Shown here: piece by piece, positions 10,127-20,060 of the stretch
Numbering within the stretch: the stretch's first letter is position 1
Layout of the letters: each line of letters begins with the position of its first letter
NCBI GenBank assembly: GCA_000092065.1
Contig: CP000581.1
From: Ostreococcus lucimarinus
Lineage: Eukaryota
DNA length: 64,000 nucleotides
Strand: one strand, 5' to 3'
Notes under the pieces: generated by a model
The model's input: the letters and a program-made list of their open reading frames with translations, nothing else
What the model was told of the DNA's origin: nothing
The model's database searches: none
Position numbers and translations under genes: made by a program

Positions 10127-10131
10127 TGTAA
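10127..10131 (+). promoter_or_regulatory. TGTAA motif 15 nt after the stop of the fusion gene (candidate green-algal poly(A) signal)
   Basis: tgtaa at 10127-10131 inside the AT-richer 40-bp spacer between convergent genes (stop at 10110-10112). Confidence 0.35.
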
Positions 10132-10153
10132 TTGTATATTTTCAACGTTGTTT

Positions 10154-13100
10154 TTAAACTAACAATTGCGTGTCGTCGTCGTCAGCGCCGAGTTCAATAG
10201 TTTCGTATCCTTGCGAGAGGTCGATTTCATCGGACGCTTGTCTCTTGGCTTTGCGAGCCGGCGCGGGGCTAGCGCTTTTATGATTCAATTCCTGCTTCTG
10301 ACGCGCTGCCTCCGATTTTGCACACGATTCGGCGTAAGTTACGTATTCTTTGCACTCCTTTGCGCCTGGCAAGCTCTCAATCATCAGGCGAATGTGCGGG
10401 AGCGAGTAGCCAAAAAACTCTGGACCAGAAATCGCTGTCTTCTTCGCAACTTCGCCTCTAGCCTCGCGCGCAACTTTCGCTCGCTTGAGAACTTCAGCCC
10501 ACGCGGCGGTGGCGCTTTTGGCGACGATCCGCTCGCATCCGTGTTCGGCGGTGAGGGTGAACTGTGGTTCACCTTTTGGCCCTTCCGTGATCTCTTGCTC
10601 CCATTTACAGCGCTCGTCCAAGTTGTCCAATCGAGGGTACACGCGCACCGTCTTGAATCCGACAGGCAAAATGTACTGCTGCGTCACGAAGTCTTTTTTG
10701 TTCTTTATCTCTCCCAAACATTCGATCATGACGCCACTAACTGGACCTATCGGCATACGCAGATTACCGTCGTTGTCTCGCTTTGACTCTTTCAAAAATG
10801 TTTGCGCCTTGAGTAGCTTTTCCATCGTCGTACCAGAACCACTTCGCGGAGCGCCTTTAGGCTTCTTCTCACGCGGTAACTTGGGCGCCTTGGGCACCTT
10901 GGGCTTCACTGGGCGCTCAATTTTAGGCGGAGGCTCGTAAGATTTACCTCCGAGAACATTGAACACGCGCTTCACGCGATTACTCAAGAACCTTCCGTGG
11001 ATCCACTCGGGCTCGGCGTTCACGGCTTCTGTTTCAGTTTCGGCAATCGCGATTTCATCTTCGACGGGATGTTTCATCTTCTTTTCCTTCTTCGGCTCTG
11101 GCGCGATTTTCCCCGCAAAGTTGACGGCGAACGGCAAATCAACGTCGTCGCGGATTTCAGAATATTTCCCGAATCCATGTTTGAGCGTACCAACGACCAA
11201 CGCGCGATCGTGATCTTCTGTCCACCATTCCGCCAACGGCTCGGCGTGAAGTTCGGGGATGGGCATGCCTTCAGCCGTCAGGGCATTAGCGAATCCACCG
11301 GCCTTCTGAACGGCGCTAATGCCGCCTTGCAAGAGCTCGAGGCGAATCATATCGTCGCTGGCTCGTCCACGCAGGAAGTTATTGAAACCTTGCTCAGCCA
11401 TGATGTACGTGAGGTAATCTCGGCCTTCTTCTTCCGGCAGCGCTTTTTCATCGGCGTCTTCGTCAACCGTCACGACAGCGACAAGATTCGGGAACAGTTC
11501 AGACGAAAGTGACTTCATCGCTTCTTCGACGTAGCATCTACAGAAGAGCTTCACATGCGCGAGCGTTTTGTTCTCCTTGAGTTGCGAACGCTCTTTGATT
11601 TGCTCCCACATGCTCCAACCAAACAGCATAAATGATGCAACAACACGTTTGCGTTCACCCCACGACCACTGGAACGCATTCACGGAGTTCTGCTTCTCCA
11701 TCGCCAGCTTTTCAGCAGCTTGGAGTTTCTTCATGAGCTCCTCGGCTTCCGCCTTGCGTTCCTCCTCTGCCGCCGCCGCCTCGGGCATGAGCTTCTGCCA
11801 GAAATTAGGATCATCGAGCGAGACGCCATCGGCTGACCCACCGCCGTCGATAAATGTCGCAGTCGCAAACGTACTCGGTCCCGCATCATCCGTGTTCTCC
11901 TCCGAGCTCTTGATCAGTTTCTTTTCAGACTTGGCGAGAATATCGACGATGCTTTCGTTGCACCATTGTTGCGCGCGACTTTCATCCTCAGTGAACAGCC
12001 CGTACGCGCCGTGCTTGAGCAACTCTTCGATCTCTTTTCTCGACGCCGCGGCTGATTTCTCTTCCTTTTCTGCGCTCCCAAAGATGGCTTGTTCGAGACC
12101 GAGTTTCATCGACGCCCGCGTAAACATTTCCTTTTCGTACGTGGCCCGCATGACGAGTCGATATACCTGGACTTGGCGCGTTTGCCCGATGCGATGCGCT
12201 CTCGCGAGCGCCTGTGCATCGTTTTGCGGATTCCAGTCGCTGTCGAACATAACGACAGTGTCAGCCTGGACGAGGTTGATGCCTTGGCCTCCGGCGCGCG
12301 TGGAGAGGAGAAACAGAAAAGTGTCAGAATCCTCAGCGCAATACTTGTCGATCGCTTCTTGACGTGCTTTGCCGGTGATGCTACCGTCAAGTCGCACGTA
12401 AGAGTGACCTCGTGCGCGGCAATAATCCTCCAGGACGTCCAAAACGCGCGTCATTTGACTGAAGATGAGAGCTCGATGCCCACCTTCGCGAAGATGCGGA
12501 AGGAGCTTGTCCAAGAGCTGCAACTTTCCCGCGCTCGATACCAAGGCAGTGGTGCTCGCGCCTTCCGGCGCGATGGCAGCTTCGACGCCGTCGAGCAAAA
12601 ACGGGTGCTGGCAACACTTACGGACTTCCATCATGATGTTCGCAAAGTTTGCAAAACTCTCTCTCGAGTCGCAACCTTGCCGAAGAAAGGAAAAGTTACG
12701 CTCAAATAATGCACGATAGCACTTTTTCTGCAAAGGCGCGAGCTCGCACTCGACAAGTGTCTCACTTCGCGGTGGTAACTTTTGCTCGACGTCGCGCTTC
12801 AGTCGACGCAGCAAGTACGGACCAAGAACCTTTTGTAAACGCTCGACTTGCGCAGCCTTTGCCATGCCTCCAAACGCTTCTTCAAACTCCTCCGCGTTGG
12901 AGAAGTGCTTAGAATCGACAAAGTTCAGCAACGACCAGAGCTCGGTGGTGTTGTTTTGAAGCGGAGTGCCCGTGAGTAAGCAAATGCGCTCCACCGCGAG
13001 GCTGTTCAAATCGTTCCCAAGCTTACCTCCAACTCGTTTCAAGCGATGCGCTTCGTCGACGACCATCGTACTCCATTTTGCCTTCGCGAAAGATTGGCGA

Positions 13101-14503
13101 TCGGCAGTAATCGTTTCATAAGTAGTGAGGACGATATTAGCCTTAAACGCTCGCGATATGCTCTGGGTTTCGTCAACTGGGTGATACCAGTCGTGTTCTC
13201 GCGCGAATTCGCGACCGGCTTGCTTGCCGACGTGCGTCACCACGTACGCGTCCGGGACCCAGCGCTGCGCCTCGCGCTCCCAGTTCACAATCGTTGAAAG
13301 GGGAACGACGACAAGAGCAGGGAGACCTGGCCGCACTTGCAAGCAGTGATGTATGAGAGCTAGCGCCTGCGCAGTTTTCCCGAGACCCATCTCGTCCGCC
13401 AAGATGCACCCGCGTCCGGCTCGGAAGTTGAACGCCATCCACTTCACGCCTTCCTTCTGATACGATCGCAACTCGTCGGACTCTCCGTACGAGTCGCGCA
13501 CGGTGTCGGCATCGTACGAACTCCACGCATTGGCGACGTCCTCATCCGTCTCCGCATCAACGATGGCTTGGCGCTCGCGCGCCGCTGAAGCGCGGCTTCG
13601 GACGCGTTCAAACTCTTCCAAAGCGCTCGCACCACCTTCCATCTCGCGCACGGCAGTTATATCTTCCCAATTCGTCTCGTCATAACTCATTCGAGACCAC
13701 TTCACGCACACGAGTGTTCTGTCCACCTCTTCAAACATCGAAAAGACGCGGTCGACGACCAAGTAATCCGGTTTGACGTCCACGCACGGCCCGAGCTCCT
13801 TTGGATACTTATCGAAATACCTCGCCACACGCATCTTACCCTGCACACCACATGTCGGATCGTTTTCCAACGCCGTGACTTTCACCCACGTGCAATGCGC
13901 GTACGACGTACCTTTCCACTTTATCAACGTCTCCGTCTCCTCCTTTTCGCATCGTCGCCACCCGACGATGCTCTCCACTTCTCCCAACCGCTTGCTCTCC
14001 GCCGATTCTCGCGCCCACTGCCCTTCTTCCCACGCATGCATCCCACGCATCGCGTCTCTCGCGCACTCCATCGTCACAGACCGCTCGATCGCGTCCGCCT
14101 CCCCTCGCCTCGCCTCGCCGTCCAGCACGTCTCCCCAATCCACCTTTGCCCGCTTCTCAGCGCTCCCTTCCTCTCGTCCTTCGCTCACAGGCGCCTTCGA
14201 CGAATTCATGGGTTTCATCTCGAGCAGATCTTGCGCCGCGAGATCGACGTTCCCGTGTCTACGCTCGAGCACGGCGCTGATTACGTTCGCATCGAGCTCT
14301 TTGAATGCGCCCTCGAGCGAGCGTTGTTCGGAGCGATAGAGCGGACGCGTGCGTGGTCGCGACGCGGGAGACATCGCGGCGCGCGCGATGTGCTCTGTGT
14401 CACCGCGGGTCGCCGCGCGGGACGTCGCGCGCGACGTGGTGTGATGCGGTGCGCGCGCGTTCGATCGATCGACAGCTCGAGACTGAAATTTGAAATCAAA
14501 CAC
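10154..14503 (-). CDS. CHD-type SNF2 chromatin-remodeling ATPase (tandem chromodomains + SNF2 helicase) with an N-terminal CUE-like domain
   Basis: 1449 aa. CUE-like LEGAFKELDANVISAVLERRHGNVDLAAQDLLE near the N-terminus. Two chromodomains (ETLIKWKGTSYAHCTWV; LVCVKWSRMSYDETNWEDI). SNF2_N DEMGLGKTAQ...DEAHRLKR and Helicase_C ...RAHRIGQTRQV. C-terminal SANT/SLIDE-like WTEDHDRALVVGTLKHGFGKY. Start may instead be the second Met (MSPASRP). Confidence 0.8.
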   Translation of the reverse strand: MFDFKFQSRAVDRSNARAPHHTTSRATSRAATRGDTEHIARAAMSPASRPRTRPLYRSEQRSLEGAFKELDANVISAVLERRHGNVDLAAQDLLEMKPMNSSKAPVSEGREEGSAEKRAKVDWGDVLDGEARRGEADAIERSVTMECARDAMRGMHAWEEGQWARESAESKRLGEVESIVGWRRCEKEETETLIKWKGTSYAHCTWVKVTALENDPTCGVQGKMRVARYFDKYPKELGPCVDVKPDYLVVDRVFSMFEEVDRTLVCVKWSRMSYDETNWEDITAVREMEGGASALEEFERVRSRASAARERQAIVDAETDEDVANAWSSYDADTVRDSYGESDELRSYQKEGVKWMAFNFRAGRGCILADEMGLGKTAQALALIHHCLQVRPGLPALVVVPLSTIVNWEREAQRWVPDAYVVTHVGKQAGREFAREHDWYHPVDETQSISRAFKANIVLTTYETITADRQSFAKAKWSTMVVDEAHRLKRVGGKLGNDLNSLAVERICLLTGTPLQNNTTELWSLLNFVDSKHFSNAEEFEEAFGGMAKAAQVERLQKVLGPYLLRRLKRDVEQKLPPRSETLVECELAPLQKKCYRALFERNFSFLRQGCDSRESFANFANIMMEVRKCCQHPFLLDGVEAAIAPEGASTTALVSSAGKLQLLDKLLPHLREGGHRALIFSQMTRVLDVLEDYCRARGHSYVRLDGSITGKARQEAIDKYCAEDSDTFLFLLSTRAGGQGINLVQADTVVMFDSDWNPQNDAQALARAHRIGQTRQVQVYRLVMRATYEKEMFTRASMKLGLEQAIFGSAEKEEKSAAASRKEIEELLKHGAYGLFTEDESRAQQWCNESIVDILAKSEKKLIKSSEENTDDAGPSTFATATFIDGGGSADGVSLDDPNFWQKLMPEAAAAEEERKAEAEELMKKLQAAEKLAMEKQNSVNAFQWSWGERKRVVASFMLFGWSMWEQIKERSQLKENKTLAHVKLFCRCYVEEAMKSLSSELFPNLVAVVTVDEDADEKALPEEEGRDYLTYIMAEQGFNNFLRGRASDDMIRLELLQGGISAVQKAGGFANALTAEGMPIPELHAEPLAEWWTEDHDRALVVGTLKHGFGKYSEIRDDVDLPFAVNFAGKIAPEPKKEKKMKHPVEDEIAIAETETEAVNAEPEWIHGRFLSNRVKRVFNVLGGKSYEPPPKIERPVKPKVPKAPKLPREKKPKGAPRSGSGTTMEKLLKAQTFLKESKRDNDGNLRMPIGPVSGVMIECLGEIKNKKDFVTQQYILPVGFKTVRVYPRLDNLDERCKWEQEITEGPKGEPQFTLTAEHGCERIVAKSATAAWAEVLKRAKVAREARGEVAKKTAISGPEFFGYSLPHIRLMIESLPGAKECKEYVTYAESCAKSEAARQKQELNHKSASPAPARKAKRQASDEIDLSQGYETIELGADDDDTQLLV

Positions 14504-14596
14504 GACGCGGCGGTCGGAAGGACGCGGTGGATCGAACGCGGACGCGGAATAAATGAACAGACGAATGTGGTATTAATAGGAATATGTCGTGAGGCG

Positions 14597-15931
14597 TCAA
14601 CGCTTCGATGCCTTGGACGCGGCGATGACTTGGTTGACGACGCTCGCGGTGTCGCTCGGCGCCAACGATTTGGCTTTGCGAAACGCGTCTTCGGCGGCGT
14701 CCGGCTTGCCGACGGTTCGGAAAAAAACGCCTTGGGCGAGATAGCCGCGGAAATCTTCGGGATGTTCCGTGATGACGGCTTCGTACGCGATTTCCGCGTC
14801 CTTGCCGTGGCCCTTCCAGGCACTCTGTACGCGCGCCTCGAGCAGTCGTCCGTCGACTTCGTCGACCCAACCCTTCTTCGAAAACGTCTTGGCGTAATCG
14901 AGGGCGAGACCGTTTCGGCCGTCTTTACCTAAAGCGTCGAGAAACCCGCGCAAAAATGAAGGCGAAGGCGCGGTTTGCTGACCTTTGCCCAAGACGTCGG
15001 CGTCGATGATGGAGCGGAAAGCCTCGACGGCGCGTCTCGGCTGCCCATCCGCTATCCACGTCTCCGCGAGCGCGCTCACGTTTTCTTCATTCGTCGGATC
15101 GACGGCGACGAGGCGTTCTAAGTATGGCAACGCTTTCGGGTAATCATCCAGCGCGAGGAAAGACTGCGCCGCTTGCCGAAGCTTGTCCGCGTCCTCCGGC
15201 GCCGCGCTCAGCGCCTCCACGACGGCGTCCGCTTGCTTCTGCACCTCCTCCTTCACGCTGTCGCTCAATCCACCCTTCCCCTGAGGAATCGCCGCTTGAA
15301 ACGTGAGATCGCTCGGAATGAACACGACGACCAGCGCGCACGCCGCCAAGAAGCTCACGACGCGAACGAGCGTTTGATTCCCGTCCTCGTCCTCGCTCGC
15401 CGTCGCCCCGCGCTCCTCGTCCATGTAATTCGCCATCGGTCCCGCCGGCTTCGCCGCGCCGCCGCCTCCGAAACTCACCTTCGCGTCCATGTCGAACGTC
15501 CCGCTCGCGCCGCTCGTCCCGCGCGCGCCCTCTCGCCTCTTCTTCGCCGCGTCCGCGCGCACCGCCTCGAGCTTTTCGTCGAAGCTCGCCCCGACCGTCG
15601 TCGTCGTCGTCTCCTCCGCGTTCGCGCGCGCGTCCGCGCGCGCCCCGACCCGCGCCATCGCCTCGTCGAACTCCCGCGTCCGTCGACCGTCGTCCTCGGC
15701 GAACTCCTGCGTGCGCGCGCGTCCCTTTCGTCCCCTTCGCGTCGTCGGCGCCTTGCCCTTTTTCCGATCGTTCCGACGCGGTTCCGGCGTCGCCGACGCC
15801 CGCGTCGTCGTCGCGCGCGCCGCGACTCGCCCCGTCATCATCGTCGCCGTCGTTCGCCGCGCGCGCGCGGCTCGCGCGTCGCGTACTCGCGCGCGCGCGC
15901 GCGGATAACGCGTTGATGATGACGTTTGCAT
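14597..15931 (-). CDS. TPR-repeat protein with one predicted TM helix and an R/T/A-rich presequence-like N-terminus (possibly organelle-targeted)
   Basis: 444 aa. Hydrophobic segment LVRVVSFLAACALVVVFI followed by TPR-like helices (LALDDYPKALPYLERLVAVDPTNEENVSALAETW...). No closer family assignment is possible by eye. Confidence 0.5.
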   Translation of the reverse strand: MQTSSSTRYPRARARVRDARAARARRTTATMMTGRVAARATTTRASATPEPRRNDRKKGKAPTTRRGRKGRARTQEFAEDDGRRTREFDEAMARVGARADARANAEETTTTTVGASFDEKLEAVRADAAKKRREGARGTSGASGTFDMDAKVSFGGGGAAKPAGPMANYMDEERGATASEDEDGNQTLVRVVSFLAACALVVVFIPSDLTFQAAIPQGKGGLSDSVKEEVQKQADAVVEALSAAPEDADKLRQAAQSFLALDDYPKALPYLERLVAVDPTNEENVSALAETWIADGQPRRAVEAFRSIIDADVLGKGQQTAPSPSFLRGFLDALGKDGRNGLALDYAKTFSKKGWVDEVDGRLLEARVQSAWKGHGKDAEIAYEAVITEHPEDFRGYLAQGVFFRTVGKPDAAEDAFRKAKSLAPSDTASVVNQVIAASKASKR

Positions 15932-16020
15932 CTCGACGCCTCACTGTTTACCCACACGAAGACACCCATGGACGTCGTTCGCGACGCCGCGCGCGCCGCA
16001 CACGACGACGCGACCGCGCC

Positions 16021-16772
<752 letters not shown>

Positions 16773-16826
16773 TATCGCGTCGCGCGACGAAATCGCGACA
16801 TTCGAAACACACTCACGATCACGCGC

Positions 16827-16866
16827 TCGATCGATCGATCGTTCGTTCGTTCGTTCGATCGATCGG
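16827..16866. repeat. Microsatellite (CGAT)n/(CGTT)n in the ATG8 3' region
   Basis: cgatcgatcgatcgttcgttcgttcgttcgatcgatcgg read directly from the sequence. Confidence 0.8.
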
Positions 16867-16966
16867 CTCTGTACCATAGCGACGACGATTTCTGTAAATA
16901 CATTCCCGCGCACCTCCGCGCCGCACACGCCGACGCCCGTCGCGCTCGATCGCGCGCTCGAACGCG

Positions 16967-17710
16967 ATGGCGGACGCGATGATGGACGAGTTCATGAAAT
17001 TCCAAGCCGAGATGGACGCGATCGGCGCGAAAGACGCCGAGGCGAGCGAAAACGCGCCGACGGACGCGCCGACGGACGCGCCCGCGCCCGCGCGCGCGGT
17101 GCCGGGACCGACGCCGCGACCGGCGCCGCGACCGATCGCCGCGCACGGACGGGCGACGATCGCGCGCACGGCCGAACGCGTGCCCGCGGGACCGACGGCG
17201 CCGCCGCCGCCGCCGCGCGCGGCGTACGCGTCGACGGCGACGACGACGCACGGAAGAGTGATCCCGGGCGTGGAGTACAAACCGATCGGTAAGGCGCTGG
17301 CGCGGAAGGCGGGGGGAGATAAGTGGGACGATTCCTCGCTGGCGGAGTGGCCGGAGGATGATCACAGGATATTCGTCGGGGATTTAGGGAACGAGTGCAA
17401 CGACGAAATGCTCGCGCGAGCGTTCGCGAAATATCCGAGTTTCGCCAAGGCCAAGGTGGTGATGGATAAGATGAATCCGGGGAAGAACAAGGGGTATGGA
17501 TTCGTGTCGTTTCTTGACATCGGGGATTACGCGCGGGCGATGAAGGAGATGGCGGGGAAGTTTATCGGAAACCGGCCGGTCAAGTTGCGCAAATCGACGT
17601 GGAGCGAACGCACCGACGATAAGCGTCAAGTTAAGGGTTTGGGCGGGAAGAAGCGCGGAGTCCCACTGCACAAGCGTAAGCACATTCCCATCGGGCCTTC
17701 GCTGAAATAG
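16967..17710 (+). CDS. RBM42: RNA-binding motif protein 42 (RBM42) homolog, C-terminal RRM
   Basis: HRIFVGDLGNECNDEMLARAFAKYPSFAKAKVVMDKMNPGKNKGYGFVSFLDIGDYARAMKEMAGKFIGNRPVKLRKSTW matches the RBM42 RRM nearly residue for residue. Confidence 0.8.
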   Translation: MADAMMDEFMKFQAEMDAIGAKDAEASENAPTDAPTDAPAPARAVPGPTPRPAPRPIAAHGRATIARTAERVPAGPTAPPPPPRAAYASTATTTHGRVIPGVEYKPIGKALARKAGGDKWDDSSLAEWPEDDHRIFVGDLGNECNDEMLARAFAKYPSFAKAKVVMDKMNPGKNKGYGFVSFLDIGDYARAMKEMAGKFIGNRPVKLRKSTWSERTDDKRQVKGLGGKKRGVPLHKRKHIPIGPSLK

Positions 17711-17952
17711 CTCGATTAGCGATAGCGTGTCACGATTAAGTTAGTTCGCTTTGGCGATTCACAACAACAAGTCTTCTACGGTTCTTCTAGGTCACCTTCG
17801 TCGTTCATTCGTTCGTTATCATAATCCTTAAACCTGCGCGCGCGAGAAAGCGCATGCTCGTTCCGTCAGTCATCGCGCGTGAAATCGTGGTCTCGACGTT
17901 CGTCGCAAACGTTCGCATTCGCATCAGTAAACTTGTTCCTCGTCACAGAATT

Positions 17953-18960
17953 TCAGTTGGAACTTGTGCATTTTGAAAACAAGAAGATTACATCTCGTGC
18001 GTCGCGCGTTGAGACATCACATCGAGTGTTCGCGCGACGTACCATGCCCTGCTGCGCGGCGAGTTGGCGGAGATACTCCACCTGCGCGCGTTGATCCGGC
18101 GGCAACACCGCGATTTGCTGGGGCGTCATCGCGAGCACTTGTCGCAACAGCGCCTGCTGTTGATCCATCGGTGGCTGCGCCACCGCCACGGGCGGCGCCG
18201 GTGGAGGTGGCACTACCGCGCGCACCGGCGGCGGCGGCGGCGGTGCCGTGCGCATTCGCGACGCCTGCTGCCCGACCAAATGCGGCGCCGGCGCCGGCGC
18301 CGGCGCCGCGGCCCCACTCGGCGGTTTCACCATCCCCAGCACCAACTGCGCCTGAAACAACGCCAGCGATAACTGCGGATTCTGTATCAACAGCGTCCTC
18401 GCCTGCGCGGGATCACTCTCCGTCATCTGTTTCATCTGCGACATGATCTCGTACATCTGCGTCGGCGTGAGATCCGCCACGCGTTTCGTCAACAAATCCA
18501 TCGCCGCTCCCGTCGCCGACGTCGCGCCCTCAAACGCGTGTCGCATCCCCATCTGATTCGCGTGTTTCGCCATCGCTTGCCCGACCGGCGCGTCCGCGCG
18601 CAGCCGTCCCGGCGCCGCCGCGTTCGCGTTCGCGTTCCCGTTCCCGCCGCCCGCGCCTCCCGCGCCGCCGCCCTCTCCCTTCATCGTCTCCGCGTGATCA
18701 ACGCGCAGTTGTCTCCCGTTGTACTCGCGTCCGTTCACGTTCCGCACCGCGCTCATCGCCGTGGCGTAATCATCGAATTCCACGAACCCGTATCCCTTCA
18801 GCTTCCCCGTGTCGCGATCGGCGACGAGCCTGAGCTCGCGCACCGGCCCGACCTCGCCGAACACGTCCCGCAGGCTCGTCTCCGTCGCGTCGTACGGGAT
18901 GTTCCCGATGAAGACGGTGCCCTCGGGCATCGCGTCGCTTTTTGACGCCCTCGACGTCAC
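17953..18960 (-). CDS. Cleavage stimulation factor subunit 2 (CstF-64) homolog; C-terminal boundary uncertain
   Basis: N-terminal RRM (VFIGNIPYDATETSLRDVFGEVGPVRELRLVADRDTGKLKGYGFVEF). CstF-64 hinge (LTPTQMYEIMSQMKQMTESDPAQARTLLIQNPQLSLALFQAQLVLGMV). P/Q-rich region. The last ~30 residues look non-protein-like, so a 3' intron or a different stop is possible. Confidence 0.75.
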   Translation of the reverse strand: MTSRASKSDAMPEGTVFIGNIPYDATETSLRDVFGEVGPVRELRLVADRDTGKLKGYGFVEFDDYATAMSAVRNVNGREYNGRQLRVDHAETMKGEGGGAGGAGGGNGNANANAAAPGRLRADAPVGQAMAKHANQMGMRHAFEGATSATGAAMDLLTKRVADLTPTQMYEIMSQMKQMTESDPAQARTLLIQNPQLSLALFQAQLVLGMVKPPSGAAAPAPAPAPHLVGQQASRMRTAPPPPPPVRAVVPPPPAPPVAVAQPPMDQQQALLRQVLAMTPQQIAVLPPDQRAQVEYLRQLAAQQGMVRRANTRCDVSTRDARDVIFLFSKCTSSN

Positions 18961-18980
18961 CTCGCGACGCTCGCGTCGGC

Positions 18981-20012
18981 ATGCGCGCGTCGTCGCGTCG
19001 CCGCGCGCGCGCGCCGACGGCGCGGCGGTTTTTCGCGCTCTTTTCGTCGCTCGCCGTCGCGGCGCGCGCGGCGCCGGACAGGGTCGGCTGCGACCGGAAG
19101 GTGTCCGGCGTCGACATCATGACGAAATCGAGGATAATGGACCGGACGCCGAGCGTCGGGTCGTTCGTGACCGCGAGCGCGCCGACGTACGGGCCGAACG
19201 ATCCGATAACGATCACGCTCACCGGTTTGGCGCGCGCGGCGTTCGCGCACGCGAGCGCGGGGACGGCGACCACCATTTCTGGATTCACCGCGAAGTCGTG
19301 CGGCGGGACGGCGCAGCAGTACGCGAACTCGGGCGCTTCGGGAACGAAGACGTTCACGTGGACGGCGCCCGCGGATCTCACGAGCGTGTCGAGCGTGGAT
19401 ATTTCGGCCGGGTACGCCGCCGGGCAAGGCGCGGTGACGAGACAGACGATCACGCTGACTCGAGCGCCGGGGGCGGCGTGCGCGACGAACCAACGCGTGT
19501 CGAGCGGCGCGTGCGTCGCGTGTCCGGCGGGATCGACGCGCGCCGCGGGCGATCCGGTGTACGGCGGCGATACGACGTGTACGGCGACTCTGTGCGCGAC
19601 GAATGAACGCGTATCGAACAACGCGTGCGTCGCGTGCGCCGGGTCGGCGACGAACGCCGCCGGCGACGACGCCACGCAATCGGATACGACGTGCGACGGC
19701 GCGGCGTGCGCGTCGAACCAACACGTCTCGTCCAGCAGCTGCACCGCGTGTCCCGCGGGCACGACGCGCGCCGCGGGCGATCCGGTGTACGGCGGCGATA
19801 CGACGTGTACGGCGACCGCGTGTGGGGCGAATGAACGCGTATCGAACAACGCGTGCGTCGCGTGCGCCGCGTACACCACCAACGCCGCCGGCGACCTCGC
19901 CAACGGCGGCGACACCGCCTGCGACGCCGCCTCGGCCGCGCCGGCCGGTCCAAAATTTATCGTATTCGCCCTCTTCACCGCCCTCGCGTGCGCGTGCGCG
20001 CGCGTCGCTTGA
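18981..20012 (+). CDS. Secreted/GPI-anchored cysteine-rich surface protein with tandem GCC2/GCC3 (ephrin-receptor-like) repeats
   Basis: Signal-like MRASSRRRARAPTARRFFALFSSLAVAARAAP. Repeats of C..N.RVS..ACVACPAG.TRAAGD....GGDTTCTAT.C. C-terminal hydrophobic tail PKFIVFALFTALACACARVA. The start is taken at the ATG at 18981 because the ORF-track start at 18942 would overlap the CstF-64 start codon. Confidence 0.6.
   Translation: MRASSRRRARAPTARRFFALFSSLAVAARAAPDRVGCDRKVSGVDIMTKSRIMDRTPSVGSFVTASAPTYGPNDPITITLTGLARAAFAHASAGTATTISGFTAKSCGGTAQQYANSGASGTKTFTWTAPADLTSVSSVDISAGYAAGQGAVTRQTITLTRAPGAACATNQRVSSGACVACPAGSTRAAGDPVYGGDTTCTATLCATNERVSNNACVACAGSATNAAGDDATQSDTTCDGAACASNQHVSSSSCTACPAGTTRAAGDPVYGGDTTCTATACGANERVSNNACVACAAYTTNAAGDLANGGDTACDAASAAPAGPKFIVFALFTALACACARVA
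19480..19900. repeat. Internal tandem duplication (~230 bp unit, near-identical copies) inside the GCC2/GCC3 gene
   Basis: gatccggtgtacggcggcgatacgacgtgtacggcgac...gaatgaacgcgtatcgaacaacgcgtgcgtcgcgtgcgcc occurs at ~19551 and again at ~19781 with a few substitutions. It encodes the repeated AAGDPVYGGDTTCTAT.C..NERVSNNACVACA unit. Confidence 0.8.
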
Positions 20013-20050
20013 TTTCATTTCATTTCAATTCAATTCAATTTAATTTTTTT
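20011..20050. repeat. AT-rich microsatellite (CATTT/CAATT)n at the 3' end of the GCC2/GCC3 gene
   Basis: gatttcatttcatttcaattcaattcaatttaattttttt. This is the only strongly AT-rich simple repeat in the window. Confidence 0.8.
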
Positions 20051-20060
20051 CGCCCTCTCG

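Noticed and set aside
18770-20018. Minus-strand ORFs 18770..19978 (402 aa) and 18957..20018 (353 aa) opposite the GCC2/GCC3 gene
   Set aside because: Antisense of a cysteine-repeat gene. The translations are A/H/V/R-rich with no motif. The plus-strand frame has a signal peptide, repeats and a hydrophobic tail.
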